Notes under the pieces: generated by a model
The model's input: the letters and a program-made list of their open reading frames with translations, nothing else
Told to the model about the DNA's origin: nothing
Database searches by the model: none
Program-made: the position numbers and the translations under genes
Shown: positions 20,505 through 46,467 of the stretch, in pieces
Numbering within the stretch: the stretch's first letter is position 1
How the letters are laid out: each line of letters opens with the position of its first letter
Origin: the human T2T-CHM13v2.0 reference genome, Homo sapiens
Assembly (NCBI RefSeq): GCF_009914755.1
Contig: NC_060939.1
DNA length: 64,000 nucleotides
Strand: one strand, 5' to 3'

Positions 20505-22017
20505 GTCTAGAGGAACAGTAAATCAAAACTTAAGGTTTGTTTACTATGTGGGACATCTGATCACTTGAAAATTTTTAGTGGTTCTTCGAGGCTTGAGAAC
20601 TTTCTCTGGCTGAAACTTGGAGTTCACTGCAGGAATGTTTACCTTCCTTTGTTCCCTATTTTTGCAGTCTAGTTCTCTCCAATGGCAGAGTCATGCTCCT
20701 TCAGTGGGAGATGACTACTGGAATGTTTAATCCTTAATTAAATCATGCCTAAGTCTAAAACACTAAACCCTTCTCTGTCTCCACCTGCTAAGTAGCTGAA
20801 TCCTCACTTGTAACTTTGTCTAGTATACATTGGAAGTTCGCTGTCACCTGGGATCAGTTCTGCCCCTGTACTGTCTAACAACATGACTATTGGTGGACCA
20901 AAGAGAGATTATTTTTCCTAGACCAGAAAGGTTTACTTTTATCTTTAGCTATCAACCCCTCCCCCCACCTTTTTATGACCTCACTTTATCTCCAAGTCAC
21001 ATGCTATCTTGAGTGGCACTGTTGAAGGATGCCCCAGGATAAGGGAAAAAAGGTAAGATAAATGCAAAGCAAAATAAAATGGTCAAGGACACAGGAAGGA
21101 CATAATAGGGGCTAGGATGTGGGAGGCCTTGAGAATTAAGGTAAATTTGTTTGCTATGGAATGAGATGGAAGTCTTAGGAGGTCGTCATGAATAGATGTT
21201 TCACAAGTGAAAGCTGGGTGGGAGGGCTCACTTAAACATGGACTGAATGCCTACTGTGCACTAGATAGTATGCTGGGCAATCAGAGATGAATAGCAGATA
21301 AGGAAAAATAAAAGCTACAATCCTTAGAATGGTGGGTTGGAGAAGGACAGAATAAGGTTTTTAGATAATAAAAGGCAACAAGATTTAGTGATAGAGGATG
21401 GTGAGGGGAAAAGGGATATATAGAGGGATTAGAAATGGGTGCTTTGGGGAGAAAAGCAAGTGGTAATCCTAAAAGAGAAAGCTGGAGAACAAAGGATAAA
21501 AAATTAGGAGGTTGGTACTTTGCTGAACTAAGGGGTAAAATGGATGAAACCATCAGGAGCTGTGATTGCTCTTCTGTTCTTTGTGGATGCCCATGTTCAG
21601 ATCCCCTACGGCCCTTTCCTCTCTGTGGTTGAAGGACAACTACAGAAGAGGTGTCTTCTGTGTTATAAGGTGCAATACTCCCCCCAGAGACCTCTCTATG
21701 AGGAAGTCTGATCCAGCGAGAGTTCTACTGCCCACGAGGGGACAGCGTTAGGTTCGAGCTCTCTAATCCAGGTTTCTTTGAGTTTATCTTGGTTCTAACC
21801 GGCACGCCGGGTTTTCCAGCATTCCCTGAGCTAAGACTCCCTAATCTGGGCTCCGGGTGAGCGCGCATTCCGAGACCCAGGATTTCGCTCCTTCATCCAG
21901 GTTCCGGGTTTCCCCTGCGCTCACCGGCTCCAGACTCCACACAAGCGCGGAATCCGGATCCGAGGGCCTGGCAGTCCAGTGTCCGCGTCTTCCGGGTGAC
22001 TCTGGTTGTCCCGGATC

Positions 22018-22043
22018 GCGGCGGCGGCGGCGGTGGCGGCGGC
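22018..22043 (+). repeat. (GCG)n trinucleotide repeat, ~8 units with one GTG interruption
   Basis: gcggcggcggcggcggtggcggcggc. Confidence 0.9.
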
Positions 22044-22113
22044 TGAGGGACCCGCGGCCCCGGACACAGCGGCACCGGCCGGGCGGGGCGGAGAGGCGCG
22101 GGGAGGGGGCAGA

Positions 22114-22143
22114 GAGCCAGAGCCGGAGCCGGAGCCGGAGCCG
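22114..22143 (+). repeat. (GAGCCG)5 hexamer repeat in exon 1
   Basis: gagcca gagccg gagccg gagccg gagccg. Confidence 0.9.
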
Positions 22144-23910
22144 GGGTGGGGTGGGGGGGAGGGGCCGCGGGAACGGATGGCGGCCTGGGCCCCGTAGCAG
22201 CGGCGGCTCTACGGCCCGGGGCCCCGGGCGGGCGGAGGTGGCGGCTCCCGGGACCGGCCGCGCGGTGAGTCCGGAGCTTTGTGTGGAGCCGGGACTGGGG
22301 GAGGAAAGAGGCGGCGGCACCGATGGGGCGCGGGGCTGAGGGGATCTGATGGGGGCCGGGGGCGGCGGCGCTGCCTGACGGAGGAAGTGGGGGTTGGGGG
22401 GGCTGGGGCGGAGCGAGGGGAAGGTGTGTAGGGGGGGTCGTTGCGTGGGTGGGGGAGGGGGCGTCGAGGGGCGCGGGGTGAAGTTCAAAGCGTGGCCACG
22501 GCCGGTTCAGGCTGAGGGTAGGGGTGCCCGGGAGGGGATTAGGGTCTGGCTAGGTTATGGGAGCAGGCCAGAGAGTTTCTGAGGCGAGTCTGGGTATGTT
22601 GAGGGCGCTCGGGGCGACTGGGGCCAGTCAGGGAGTTGGCGGGGGAGGGGGGGCGGGGGCGGTGGTGGTTGTTCAGAGCATAGGGTCGGAAGCAGGACGT
22701 GTGCGTGACCTAGGAGTGGGGAGCAAGGTGGCTGGGATCCTGCAGTAAGTAGGTTGTGGGTGTGTGCCCCTAACAGTCTTCAGGTCACATTTACTCCTGT
22801 CCTTTTCTTCAAGATGGAGGGATCCCTGGGCCTGGACCTCAACTGCTATCCTTGTACCCCCGGGAGGGTTTGTGACCCTATCCTGTTTGGAAAACCCATG
22901 CTGCCCTCTTTTCCCTTTATGTGTAATTACGGTTGGATCATCTCTGTGCTTTGCTCAGATTCTCCTTCCTCCCTCTGGGGTTGAGGAGGAGGAGACACAT
23001 CTGACCAATTAATGTGTGTTTGTGAAACAGGCAGCAGCAAACAGTCATTTCAGCTTCGAGGAATTAGGCTCACACAGGGTGGAGAGATCAGAGCCCTTCA
23101 GGGGGAATATTTCTGAACAAATCACGGATGATTAAATTCTCTAAGAAACAGCTCCCTACCTAAATGAGAGTGAGAAAGATGGGGAAGAAAGCCTGTCTGT
23201 TTCCAGCCATGTGTCCAGAGCCTAAGGGGTTGAGGAGAGTCCCCAAGCCCCTACAGGCCTCCCTTTTCTGTATTAGGCTTTGCTCTGCAGCCTTGAGTTA
23301 ATTTCACCCCTGCTGCTTTGTCTTGGGGGAGGGAGTGCTGGTTTAGGCTGTTGTGAGGAGATGACTGTTCTGCTGCCACACACAATAGTCGTGTCATTTT
23401 ATCGGGAGCGCTACCCCAGGGCTGAGAACTGCTGCAGCAGAGATAAACCGGTCCCTCTCACCCGCCTATTGTGTACACAGTGAAGGTCATAGGTTCAAGT
23501 CTTGTCTGAGAGCTTTGGATATGCTCCATCTCCCAGGCTCCTCAGTGCCATTTTCTTCCTTTTCCAGACTGGGGCTTGCCATTGGAGGAGGCCAGAGAGA
23601 AAGGCTCTTCTTTTTGAGTGAGGAACAATGCAGAGCTCATTGGCACACATTTTTCAGAAGAATAAGGGATGCCAGCCATGTTGTGCCTGCCTCTTTGGCT
23701 AGCCTGTACTAAGTTGTGAAGGAATAGTGTCTGGTAGACTCAACTACGATGTTTGTTTCAGACCCTTAAGGAAGAAGACTTCAAGGGAAGGTTCTACTCT
23801 TAGTTGAATCATCATATTTAATTCTTTTATATGAATGGAACACTCATGCAGTGATTTTTGTTTGTTTCCGAATACCACTAAAAACCTGTGCAGTGTTAAG
23901 ATGGGGAGTC

Positions 23911-24843
<933 letters not shown>

Positions 24844-26789
24844 ATTTGGGGCCTGGAAAAGAGGTTTCCATTTAGGACATTAAATACAACTTTTCTTTAA
24901 AAAGAGATTAGAAGTAAAACTCATTGTGAGTGGGGAATTGTATATAATGTGCTGTGTACACAATAGCCAATCATTTCCCATAGGATAGTGTTGAATAAGA
25001 ACTTTAGCCTTTGGTTTTGGTAAAGGTCTTTCTGAGGCAATTAGTCTGTCTATGGTGCCTCCCTTATCCTTTTATTTCAGTGAGTTTCTTTAAATGATGG
25101 CCTGCCACTGAGGTGTTGGGCCTTTGATAGGAGGGAACAGGTTGTTCTGACCTTTATATATTTTTTGATAACAGAACTGTCTTCAGGCCTTACTGGAGGT
25201 GTTGTCTGTCTTTAGACTATTTCCAACTCTGTGTCCTAGGAATATTTGAGTGAAGCCTCAGCTAAACTGAGTCCAAAGCTTTTTGCTCTTGGGCTCTTGG
25301 CATTTATTTCTGAATGCTGTCAGGTGACAGTGAAGGCAGAAGCCTCAGATTAAATTTGTCCTGATTAGATTTAGTGGCTTCAGAGTTGGGCCCTTGCCAC
25401 AAGGAATCTCATGTGAGTCTTCTGATTGTGACCATCATTCAAAGAGTGCTTTGGATTCCCCCCCAACTACCCGTCCCAGCTTCTTGGTAGAAAAAAATTT
25501 CCTTGTGATAGAGGTCTAGAAAGTTGGACAGATTAGTGCTTATTTTGTGAGGATATGGAGGCATAATTTTGGCTCCTGGTAGCAATTATGTTGCAATTAG
25601 CATATAGCAACTAAATGACTGGAACACGATAATTTGTTGAGGGGTTTACTGATTGCTCTGTCAAGTGGAAGTGCCACTCCTTATTTATTTTATTTATTTG
25701 ACTCAGAACACTATTGCCTGAGCTTAGCCATGGAGGCTAAGTATAGCAATGATATGTGTTCTCCAGAAGTTCCCACTCTGCTTCCTCTTTGTAGTTACTT
25801 CTTTTCCAGGTACCTTAGTACTTGTACTGCCCTTTTCTCCTACTCTGAAGGTAGCTAAGCAATTGTTATTTCCCTCATGGAAAACTGGTCATGGATGGGA
25901 ATACTGCCAGGCAGATGGGATTAGCCTGAGATGAGGCAGCCTTATATTGTGTGGGAAGTTTTCTTTTCAGTCTCTTAATTCTCTCTTCTACTTGATTTTT
26001 CAAAATCAGTTTCCTTTAAAGAAAACAAACAAAAACCCCACAAAATGCAAAATATCGTAATGTATTAAATATGCCTTCATGATACCTCTGTTATAAAAGT
26101 TGTCTGTGACAGACAAAAATGAAGATAGGTGATGTTGATTGGCAGGTTCTGGGTCCACTAAGTGTCAGTGAAGGACTCTTTTCGCTAGGGAACAGGTAAT
26201 TCACCAAAGCACCTGCCTAGCTGGGCATGTGGAATTGGCAGCAGCTGTGTAGCTGAAGAGGGATTACTGAGCAGGTGGTTGAAGAATCACATGCCACAGT
26301 GACAAGAAAATACTTGGTCTTCCGTGGGTTAGATTCAGTTTGTATGTGTGAAATTGCACTTTGTTTCACATTTCTTAATGCTTGTTGATTTGTTAGTAAG
26401 ATGGTAATAGAATAGAGAAAGAGATTCTTCTGTAACTGTGGTTTTTTAGATCACTCAGTAGCATGCCCTAGACATGGCCCTACACGGCTCTATTGTATTT
26501 ATGGGAGTTCTGGCTTTATGCTTTGTGCATGGGAGGGAAATAGTGGTAATTCAGTGTTTCTAGTACTTGTTTATTAAAGGGAAATGGGAAGGAGAAAATT
26601 TCTTGCTTTCAGTATGGTGAAAAAGATTTAGCCTACTGGGTGGATACCTAATAGGTTTTATGCAAATGATGTAATTGACTTTTTGTGGAAGTCTACCTGA
26701 CATGCCTTACTCAAGTGATTTTGCATGTGTTTTTATATTATGTTTTTATATTATGAATATATTTCCCCACATGAAGTTTGCATCTCTTC

Positions 26790-27570
<781 letters not shown>

Positions 27571-28994
27571 TTAGCGGGGGGTATAGCATTTCCTATAACT
27601 TGGGAAAAGACTATTTGAGGTTTTCTGAAAATTCAGATTTTTTAATAGATTATCATCTTCTGTTAATATGATTTTCTCTTTCATATGTTTGTGCCACTAT
27701 AATAGGAATGCCATAGAGCCTAAAACTTGTAAGCAAGTAACTTTGTGTTTATTTTCTGACCTTTTTAGTGCCTTCCATTCATTTTCTATATTAGGCCAAC
27801 AGGTTGTGTGCCCCTTCTCTTGAAACACATACACACACGACCTAATGGAATTCACAGGGTACTAATTAACGGATGATTGAAGAGAAATGAGCCATATGAA
27901 CTGTTTTAAAGTTCAGAAATCTCTTTCCCACAGCCCAAGTGGAGTGAAGGCTCTTTGAGGGAAAGTGAGGCCAGACTATGACTCAGGTCAGGGCCTATGG
28001 AGCACTGCATAGATGGGGACATTTGCAGTGATCTACCTAAAGCTAAGCTAGCTTTAAGTGGAAGTCTAGCGACAGCAGTTAATTGTTTAGTATTCACTTC
28101 TAGGAAAGAATGTCAAGTTCTTGATTTCCTCATACGAAGCTATGGCAGTTTTTTATGTTTGTTTTATTAAAACTGTTCACAAACCACTTATGCTTTCCTA
28201 GCACTCTCAGTAGTTTGCTTCCTTTTACCTTTCCCCCACCCCCATCTCTTATCCCACTTCCCTACCCTGAAGACTTCTCTAGCAGCTTGGAAACACTCTA
28301 ATTACTGTAGCTATTATAGTCACAACCCAGATCCTCCACCTCCTTCTCTCTCACCCCTTTCTTTCTTCCCCCCTCCCCTTGCTCTAGCAGCAGGAGTTGA
28401 ACTGCAGTCTCATGAGCACAGTCAGATCTATGAATGAGCTTTATATCTTGTCAAGGCAGAACTCCAGATCCAACAGGGCTAATTTTTCATGGTTCTCTTG
28501 CTGTTTGTTCTTGGATCAGAGTCCCAGAAATAAGAGATGGCAAATACCTGTCAGGTCATATCTAGTCCATCACTCAGGGGCAAACCTAGGATTTTTCTCT
28601 TGTCTCTGTGAGAAATTTTTCCTTCTTTCTTTTGCAGGTGAGAGCTGTCTGATGCCAGACAAGCTCTGAAACTGCCTTCTTTTTATTGTGTTCTCTGGTC
28701 ATTAGTGTCTGGCCAACTTCTTTGGGGTTTTTTTCTTTTTTAATTCCATTTTTCAGGAATACTTCCTCCCAGCAATATCTCTACCCCTTCTTCAGTCCTT
28801 TCTTCTTGATTGTGGGCATCACCTTTGTGGATTCCTTTTGTACCATCAGTTATCTATGCCAGAAGTATCACTTTTCTGACCTTTGCCACAAGTGTCACTG
28901 TGGCCTGCTTTTAAGGAGGTACATTTGATGAAAACACAGGACATAAATTCTAGCAGGTGGTAATTAATAAAATACTTTAGAAAACATGTGCCTT

Positions 28995-37122
<8,128 letters not shown>

Positions 37123-38531
37123 GCATGTTGTCTTTAACTGTAATTATTTGTGAATATATTTTCTTCATCCCTCATTTTAAGCTCGTGAGATACCTGTGTC
37201 TCCTCTGTTCCGTAAACTCTTAGCCCAGTGCTTCTTTGAATATAACTTTATGCTTAATTAATGCTTGATGAATTGAATTAGAACTTGATTCTTGAAAAAA
37301 GAAATTGTGATTTTTTTAGACTTCTTTTTATGCAAAAGTAACGTAACTTCCATTCAACACATTTTATCCCAAATTGAATAAACTAGGAAAAAGGCAGACG
37401 GTGAATGCCTTGAGAAATTGTTCAGATTCAAGGACAAGCATTTGTTGCCTTTACTGCATATGACTGTACTGTGGTTCCATACATCCGAGCTGATAGAAAA
37501 CTTGCAGCAAGGGTCTAGTGGTGATGCATGGCAGGTGGAGGTGAGATAAATTTAGTCACAGGAACCAAATTGGTTCTGCTAGGGCAATATAGGCATTGTT
37601 GGGCCATCTGGGTGTGGTTGACTTCTGGGAGGTCTTTTTAGTTTTTCTTTCTCACTTCATTCCATAAATATTTATTGGATGCCCTGTTCTAGTTGTTTAA
37701 GATCAATGAACAAAATAGACCAAAAAAAAAAAAATCAACCTCATGGATATTATCTTTGAATAGGAGATAGAAATAAACATAATAATATATAAAATTAGAA
37801 AGGTAATATATGATATGGGGAAAAGTACAGCAGGATAAGGAGAATTGGGAGTGGAAAAGAGGGTTAGGTAGGAGAGGTGGGAGGGGTTGCAACCCTAAAT
37901 AAGATGGTTAAAGTAGAGATCTTTGAGAAATGTTGTGTTACTGGGTTGTTAGGCACTTCCCTGAGATTAGTGGATTCTCTTCTGCCCAGCAGAGAGAAAG
38001 GCAATGTCTACAGTTGTTCCAGAGTCCAGCTGACACTGAGGAGAAATAGCTACTCCTTATGTTCTTTTCTCCTGTCTGCTCCTCTTGCTGGCATCACTGG
38101 AAGTTAACTGGGGTGAAAATTGCAGTCAGTCTTGTCTGGAAGACAGCAGGGGTGGAACTAGAGACCTTCTAACCCAGTTCCCTGAGGGGTGGGATTTACC
38201 CTTCTGCTGACTGAGCCTTGGTTGCCTGGAGTGATGGGTGAGGTAGGCCTCTGACTTTTTTCCTTCCTCAAAGGGAGAAGCCCAGTATCATAACCTTCTC
38301 TCTTCTTAGTGAGGCCTCAGCAACTTTATTTCAGGTAGCTCTTTAAAAATAAGCTTTCAAAGAGTGTGTGCTATGCGCCTGGCCTAAAGCGTGAATTTTC
38401 AGGTTTTTGGTGCTTTGACTTCCTCTCAACACATTAGCTGTGTTTTGGAAGTCTCAGTACCTAATTTCAGCAGCCTAAAGATGAAGTTTTCTTATGTCTA
38501 GATGCTCTCTTGTTTGAATTGCACATTGTAA

Positions 38532-38777
<246 letters not shown>

Positions 38778-39022
38778 TAGCCAGGATGGTCTCGATCTCC
38801 TGACCTCGTGATCCGCCGGCCTCAGCCTCCCAAAGTGCTGAGATTACAGGCGTGAGCCACCACGCCTGGCCTGCTTTACTTACCCTTTTCTAACTCTTCT
38901 ACTTCATTATTTTTCTTGTTACCCTTTCCCTTTTCTCCTTTCATGAAGCTGATAGGAAACAGAAGTCCCTTAGGCCAGACAGCTATTTAGGTAATTGGCT
39001 AGAAGCTAAAATGTATACCTAA

Positions 39023-39289
<267 letters not shown>

Positions 39290-39586
39290 TGACATCAGGT
39301 GATCCACCCACCTCAGCCTCCCAAAGTGCTGGGATTATAGGCATGAGCCACTGTGCCTGGCTGAATATCTTATTTCTGTCCACATGTTATATTGGATTCA
39401 GCTTGTGGACATCAAGCTCTCAGCCTGTTACACTATATGCCATTTGATGTAGCTGAGGATATATTGGGACCCATTTACTCTGTTTTTGGTTATTTATACC
39501 ACCAGCTTGTGTAGTTTCAGTACACAAGAAGACCTATTTGCCATTTTGTAAAAATGTGGTCTTTTTCATATTTAATTTTAGAATAA

Positions 39587-39588
<2 letters not shown>

Positions 39589-39636
<48 letters not shown>
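39589..39636 (+). repeat. (GT)24 microsatellite
   Basis: Perfect GT run at the tail end of a FAM element. Confidence 0.97.
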
Positions 39637-39637
<1 letters not shown>

Positions 39638-39640
39638 TGT

Positions 39641-39803
39641 TTAAAGAGGTGGGGTCTTGCTGTGTTGCCCAGGTTGGAGGACAGTGGCTATTCACAGGTG
39701 TGATCATAAGTGTGCCATGGCCTCAAACTCATAGGCTTGAGCTGTCTTCCTACCTCAGCCTCCCAGGTAGCTGGGACTACAGGCACATGGCACTGCACCT
39801 GGC
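39641..39803 (-). mobile_element. FAM (fossil Alu monomer)
   Basis: Single monomer retaining the 7SL-like cagtggctattcacaggtgtgatcat segment. Confidence 0.7.
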
Positions 39804-39810
39804 AGAATAA

Positions 39811-40053
<243 letters not shown>

Positions 40054-40664
40054 TGATCCCCCACTTCCCAGACTCCCAAAGCACTGGGATTACAAGTATG
40101 AGCCACCACATGGCCAGAATAAATGAATTTTGTGGTGAACTCAGATCCATACTAAGGAAAAATCTATTACTTTTAAGCAGACAGAGTTCTAATATTGGGT
40201 GGTCTTCTGGGCAGATTTTATATTACCTTTCTCTGGGAGGGTTTGCTGTATATCAAACTTGAAGTCATACATTCTCCCTACCTATGCTTAAGTAGTACAT
40301 AACATATTACTGATATTGTGAATTTTAAAGCCAGCAGCTGTTAATCCAAGTGTATGTTGTTGTTTTCTTTAGTGGTTGAAAGGATATCAGTTTAACTGAC
40401 CAAACTGTATTGCTTTTATTAGTAAGAGAACTTGAACATAGCTTGTTTGCTGCTGTTTACTTAATAATGTTTCTGTGGTTTGTGTTAGTAGGCCCTTCCA
40501 GTTGCAGAGCTAGAAATCTAGGCAATGTGGATTTCAGATGAGTTTCATAACACTATCTGACACAGTGGGAAGTTCAAGGAAGTATCTGGCAATATTATTT
40601 TTCTTATGGAGCCTTTCCATAAGAAAGAAATTCAGTTATAACAAGGTCACATTTGGGTAGGTGA

Positions 40665-40937
<273 letters not shown>

Positions 40938-41164
40938 TAGCCAGGATGGTCTCTATCTCCTGACCTTGTGATCCGCCCATCTCGACCTCCCAAAGTGCTG
41001 GGATTACAGGCATGAGCCACCGCGCCTGGCCCGTACCTGTGTGATCTTAAGCATTTGATTTATTTAAAAGTTACCAGGGCTGGGTGTGGTGGTTCACACC
41101 TGTAATCCCAGCGCTTTGGGAAGCCGAGGTGGGCGGATCACTTGAGGTCAGGAGTTCGAGACTA

Positions 41165-41464
<300 letters not shown>

Positions 41465-41515
41465 TCAGAAGCTCGAAACCAGCCTGGCGAACGTGGCAAA
41501 ACCCCGTCTCTACTA

Positions 41516-41804
<289 letters not shown>

Positions 41805-41810
41805 CTACTA

Positions 41811-41969
<159 letters not shown>

Positions 41970-42723
41970 TCAAAAAAAAAAACAAAAAAAGTGTTACCAA
42001 TAATTTAATTCTCATCTCATATGCTTGATGGAAGGAGACTAACTGTTCAGGTGTAGTACTGCTCTGGGCTATATACCTCATAGGAATGATAGAGGCAGCA
42101 AGTGATTATTATAAGGAATAACAAGCAATAGTAATGTTAATTTTTTCCCTATAACCAGGGAAGTAGCATGGAAGTTTGAAAGGTTTAAATCCTTGCTTAA
42201 ATAAAAATGTCAGTCCTAATCAGAATAATGGGACTGAACTTGAAATGTTAAAGGAATTGGAGAAGCTGCAAAATTAGGTCAGATAGTAATAGAAGGTTTA
42301 TTTATACATAGATTGATTAAATTCTTCATTGAGAGCAAATGTGGTTTTGACTAAGATAAGCTACTCCCGACAATTGGCAGTTTTAGAACATACAAAGCAA
42401 ATAAATAACCTGAATTTTACCCGGAGGAACAAATAAGAATTGATTCAGGTTTCTGTAGGTCAGGCATTATTTCATAATAATTATACCGTGATTAAGTTCA
42501 GCATTCTTCAGAAAGGAGAACAAAATCTGTCATGCGAGGATTCATTTTTAGGAAATTGAGCTGTGATCATGTATATATTAGGGTGAGTGGAGAGGAAGAT
42601 TTTAAAGAGAAACCTACTGGAAATTTAAAGACTTAAAAATCATCATATTTGAAATACATGTTAAAAGAATGCAAGAGATCAAAAGGACCATACAAAACAG
42701 ATGGTTATTTGGCATAGGCTTAG

Positions 42724-42908
<185 letters not shown>

Positions 42909-43244
42909 TGACACCACGCCTAGCTAATTCTGTATTTTTAGTAGAGGCGGGGTTTCTTCATGTTGGTCAGGCTGGTCTCGAACTCCCGACCTCAGGTGAT
43001 CCGCCTGCCTCGGCCTCCCAAAGTGCTGGGATTACAGGCATGAGCCACCGTGAAGAAAGGCATCTTTCTAAGAAGAAGGCATTTCTAAAATATTGGAAAC
43101 GTTTTCAGTCAAGGCCAGAGAAGCCCACAGACTGATTAGGAACAACCTAGAAATTAGGTGAATAAAAGATGAATTCAATAAGCCTCTTTGTAGAAATGAT
43201 TAGGTAAGAGATTTTGTGTTTTTTGTTTATTTGTTTGTTTTTGA

Positions 43245-43352
<108 letters not shown>

Positions 43353-44554
43353 TAGCTGGGATTATAGTCACACGCCACCACACCTGGCTAATTTTTATAT
43401 TTTTAGCAGAGATGGGGTTTCACCATGTTGATCAGGCTGGTCTCGAACTCCTGACTTTGTGATCCGCCTGCCTTGGCCTCCCAAGGCTGGGATAACAGGT
43501 GTCAGCCACCGTGCCCAGCCTTGTTTTTGTTTTTAAAAAAGATATGTTATAATGAAAAGGTCAGCTAGAGAATTGGTAAGACTACTTAATCATGGTGTGA
43601 AAGATCCATTTAAGAATGAAAACATTAGAGAATTTCCACTATTTCTTTCCAACCAGATTAAAGTTTCTAGTACAAATGATGATAGATGCTTAACTTTTTT
43701 TAAAAGTTTTTTTCTGATTGGAACGTGAATAAATCCTCTAGAAAGTACAGAAAAATATCTAGAAGTCCCAGGAATTATCCCAGAAATGTTAACATTTATT
43801 TAATATTTCCTATACGTTTTTTTTTTCTGGCTGCCTAGGCTTTTCTTGATTAAATCAGTAAACTTGATGAGCTCAAATTTATCTACCCAAGAATTTAGGA
43901 AGAATTCAGAGTTAGCCTGTGGAATGCTTAGTGAAAGTATAGTACCTTAAATTGTAAGTGGCATGGTTACTATACTAAGGAACTGGTGTAGATTTCAGAT
44001 GTGGTTCTGTCCATAAGAAGGGTTCAGAGTGAAGGGACTAAAAACTACACCATATTAGAAAGCTGGAAAATGTAGATTAAAGATTGAGATGATTTGGTGC
44101 CAGTCATGTAATTTGTTGGCGTCAAGGCAATGGGTTAGTTTACATAAGGAAAAATCACATATGACAGATCATTAATACTTTTATGTGAACACAGTTGTTA
44201 CCAGTAGACATTGTTTAGTTTGAAAAGACTTATGGTAAGGAAGGTCAGACCAAAGACTGCTTGAAAACTTTAGTCATGGAGTGTCAGAAAATTGTTTTGT
44301 TGTGAATTAGCAAACTGATTTTCTGACGGTAAATACTTGCCTAGGTCTACAGTCCCTTCGGTTCTAAAAACCTCCAAAAGCTCTGAAAACTGAAAGATTT
44401 TTGAAAAGATATGCACAAATCTGACTTCAACTAATAAAAGGCTATTTATAGTCTTTTTATGTAAAGTAAATATTCATATTGCTGGAGGAATATTAACGAA
44501 TTTGATTACAGTGTGCTGTTTCAGTTTTTTCTTTCTTTTTTTTTTTCCCCCTGA

Positions 44555-44659
<105 letters not shown>

Positions 44660-44817
44660 TGAGTTGCTGGAATTACAGGCATGTGCCACCACGCTCAGCT
44701 AATTTTGTATTTTTAGTGGAGACGGGGTTCTCCATGTTGGTCAGGCTGGTCTCGAACTCCCAGCCTTAGGTGATCTGCCCGCCTCAGCCTCCCAAAGTGC
44801 TGGGATTACAGGCGTGA

Positions 44818-45141
<324 letters not shown>

Positions 45142-45897
45142 TGACAGCATTACACTCTACTATATAAGGTGTATTAATTATCTGAGCTGGCCTTGAACTC
45201 CTGGGCTCAAAAATCATCCTCTTGCCTCAACCTCCAGAATAGCCAGGACTGTAAGCACACATCATCACACCTGGCTATTTCAGCTTCTCACAGATGAAAT
45301 AACTGAGGCCCAAATAGCTGTAGTGACTTCCCAATGTTATTACACATCTAGGGAGAGTAAATAGTAGAATTGAGTTTTTCTGCCTGCTTACTTGGTTTTG
45401 TGTTTTTTTTTCCCCCATTGCACTGTGCTGCTTCCTTGTTAATCAAATATTAACAAGTTTGATCAGAGGGTGCTGTTTCAGTTTCTTTCCTTTTTTTTTT
45501 TTTGTCCTGGTGACATTGCCTCCAAAGACCATCTTGATGATAAATAAGTTCTATGTGGAAGAGTTTAGTGACATTCATCTTATTTGACATTTTAATAAAT
45601 GTTTCACATAAGTGAAATATTGAGATTTTCCTATGACATTAAACTCTTCCAGGTAGTTAGGTCCCCAAATTGTTGAGATTATGCTTCAGGAATATCTTGA
45701 CTGAGGTGAAAAGTAAATGAGCTTCAGTGTGGATAAGAATTGCATTTAAAAAGAGGGAGAAAGTCTAAACTACTTTCTTAGGATGTGTAATTTTTAGCTA
45801 ACAATTGCAGCCCCCAGTAGAAATTAAGAATCTTGGCCGGGCACAGTGGCTCATGCCTGTAATCCCAGCACTTTGGGAGGCAGAGGTGGGTGGATCA

Positions 45898-46149
<252 letters not shown>

Positions 46150-46152
46150 TTA

Positions 46153-46467
<315 letters not shown>

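Larger units (their letters stand above)
22010..22264 (+). other. ZNF609: ZNF609 exon 1 (non-coding 5' UTR; start approximate)
   Basis: Strong donor GCG|GTGAGT at 22265 inside the CpG island. The next strong coding exon downstream is ZNF609 exon 2. Confidence 0.75.
21750..22720 (+). promoter_or_regulatory. ZNF609: CpG island / promoter of ZNF609
   Basis: Abrupt GC- and CpG-rich stretch in otherwise CpG-depleted DNA. Contains GC boxes (GGGGCGGGGCGG ~22081), an ETS-like GGAAGT (22383), a YY1-like ATGGCGGC (22177), and strong G-skew downstream. Confidence 0.9.

Noticed and set aside
21841-22488. 215-aa (-) and 160-aa (+) Pro/Arg/Gly-rich ORFs
   Set aside because: Expected by-product of stop-codon scarcity in a CpG island; they have non-ATG starts and ignore the exon-1 donor.
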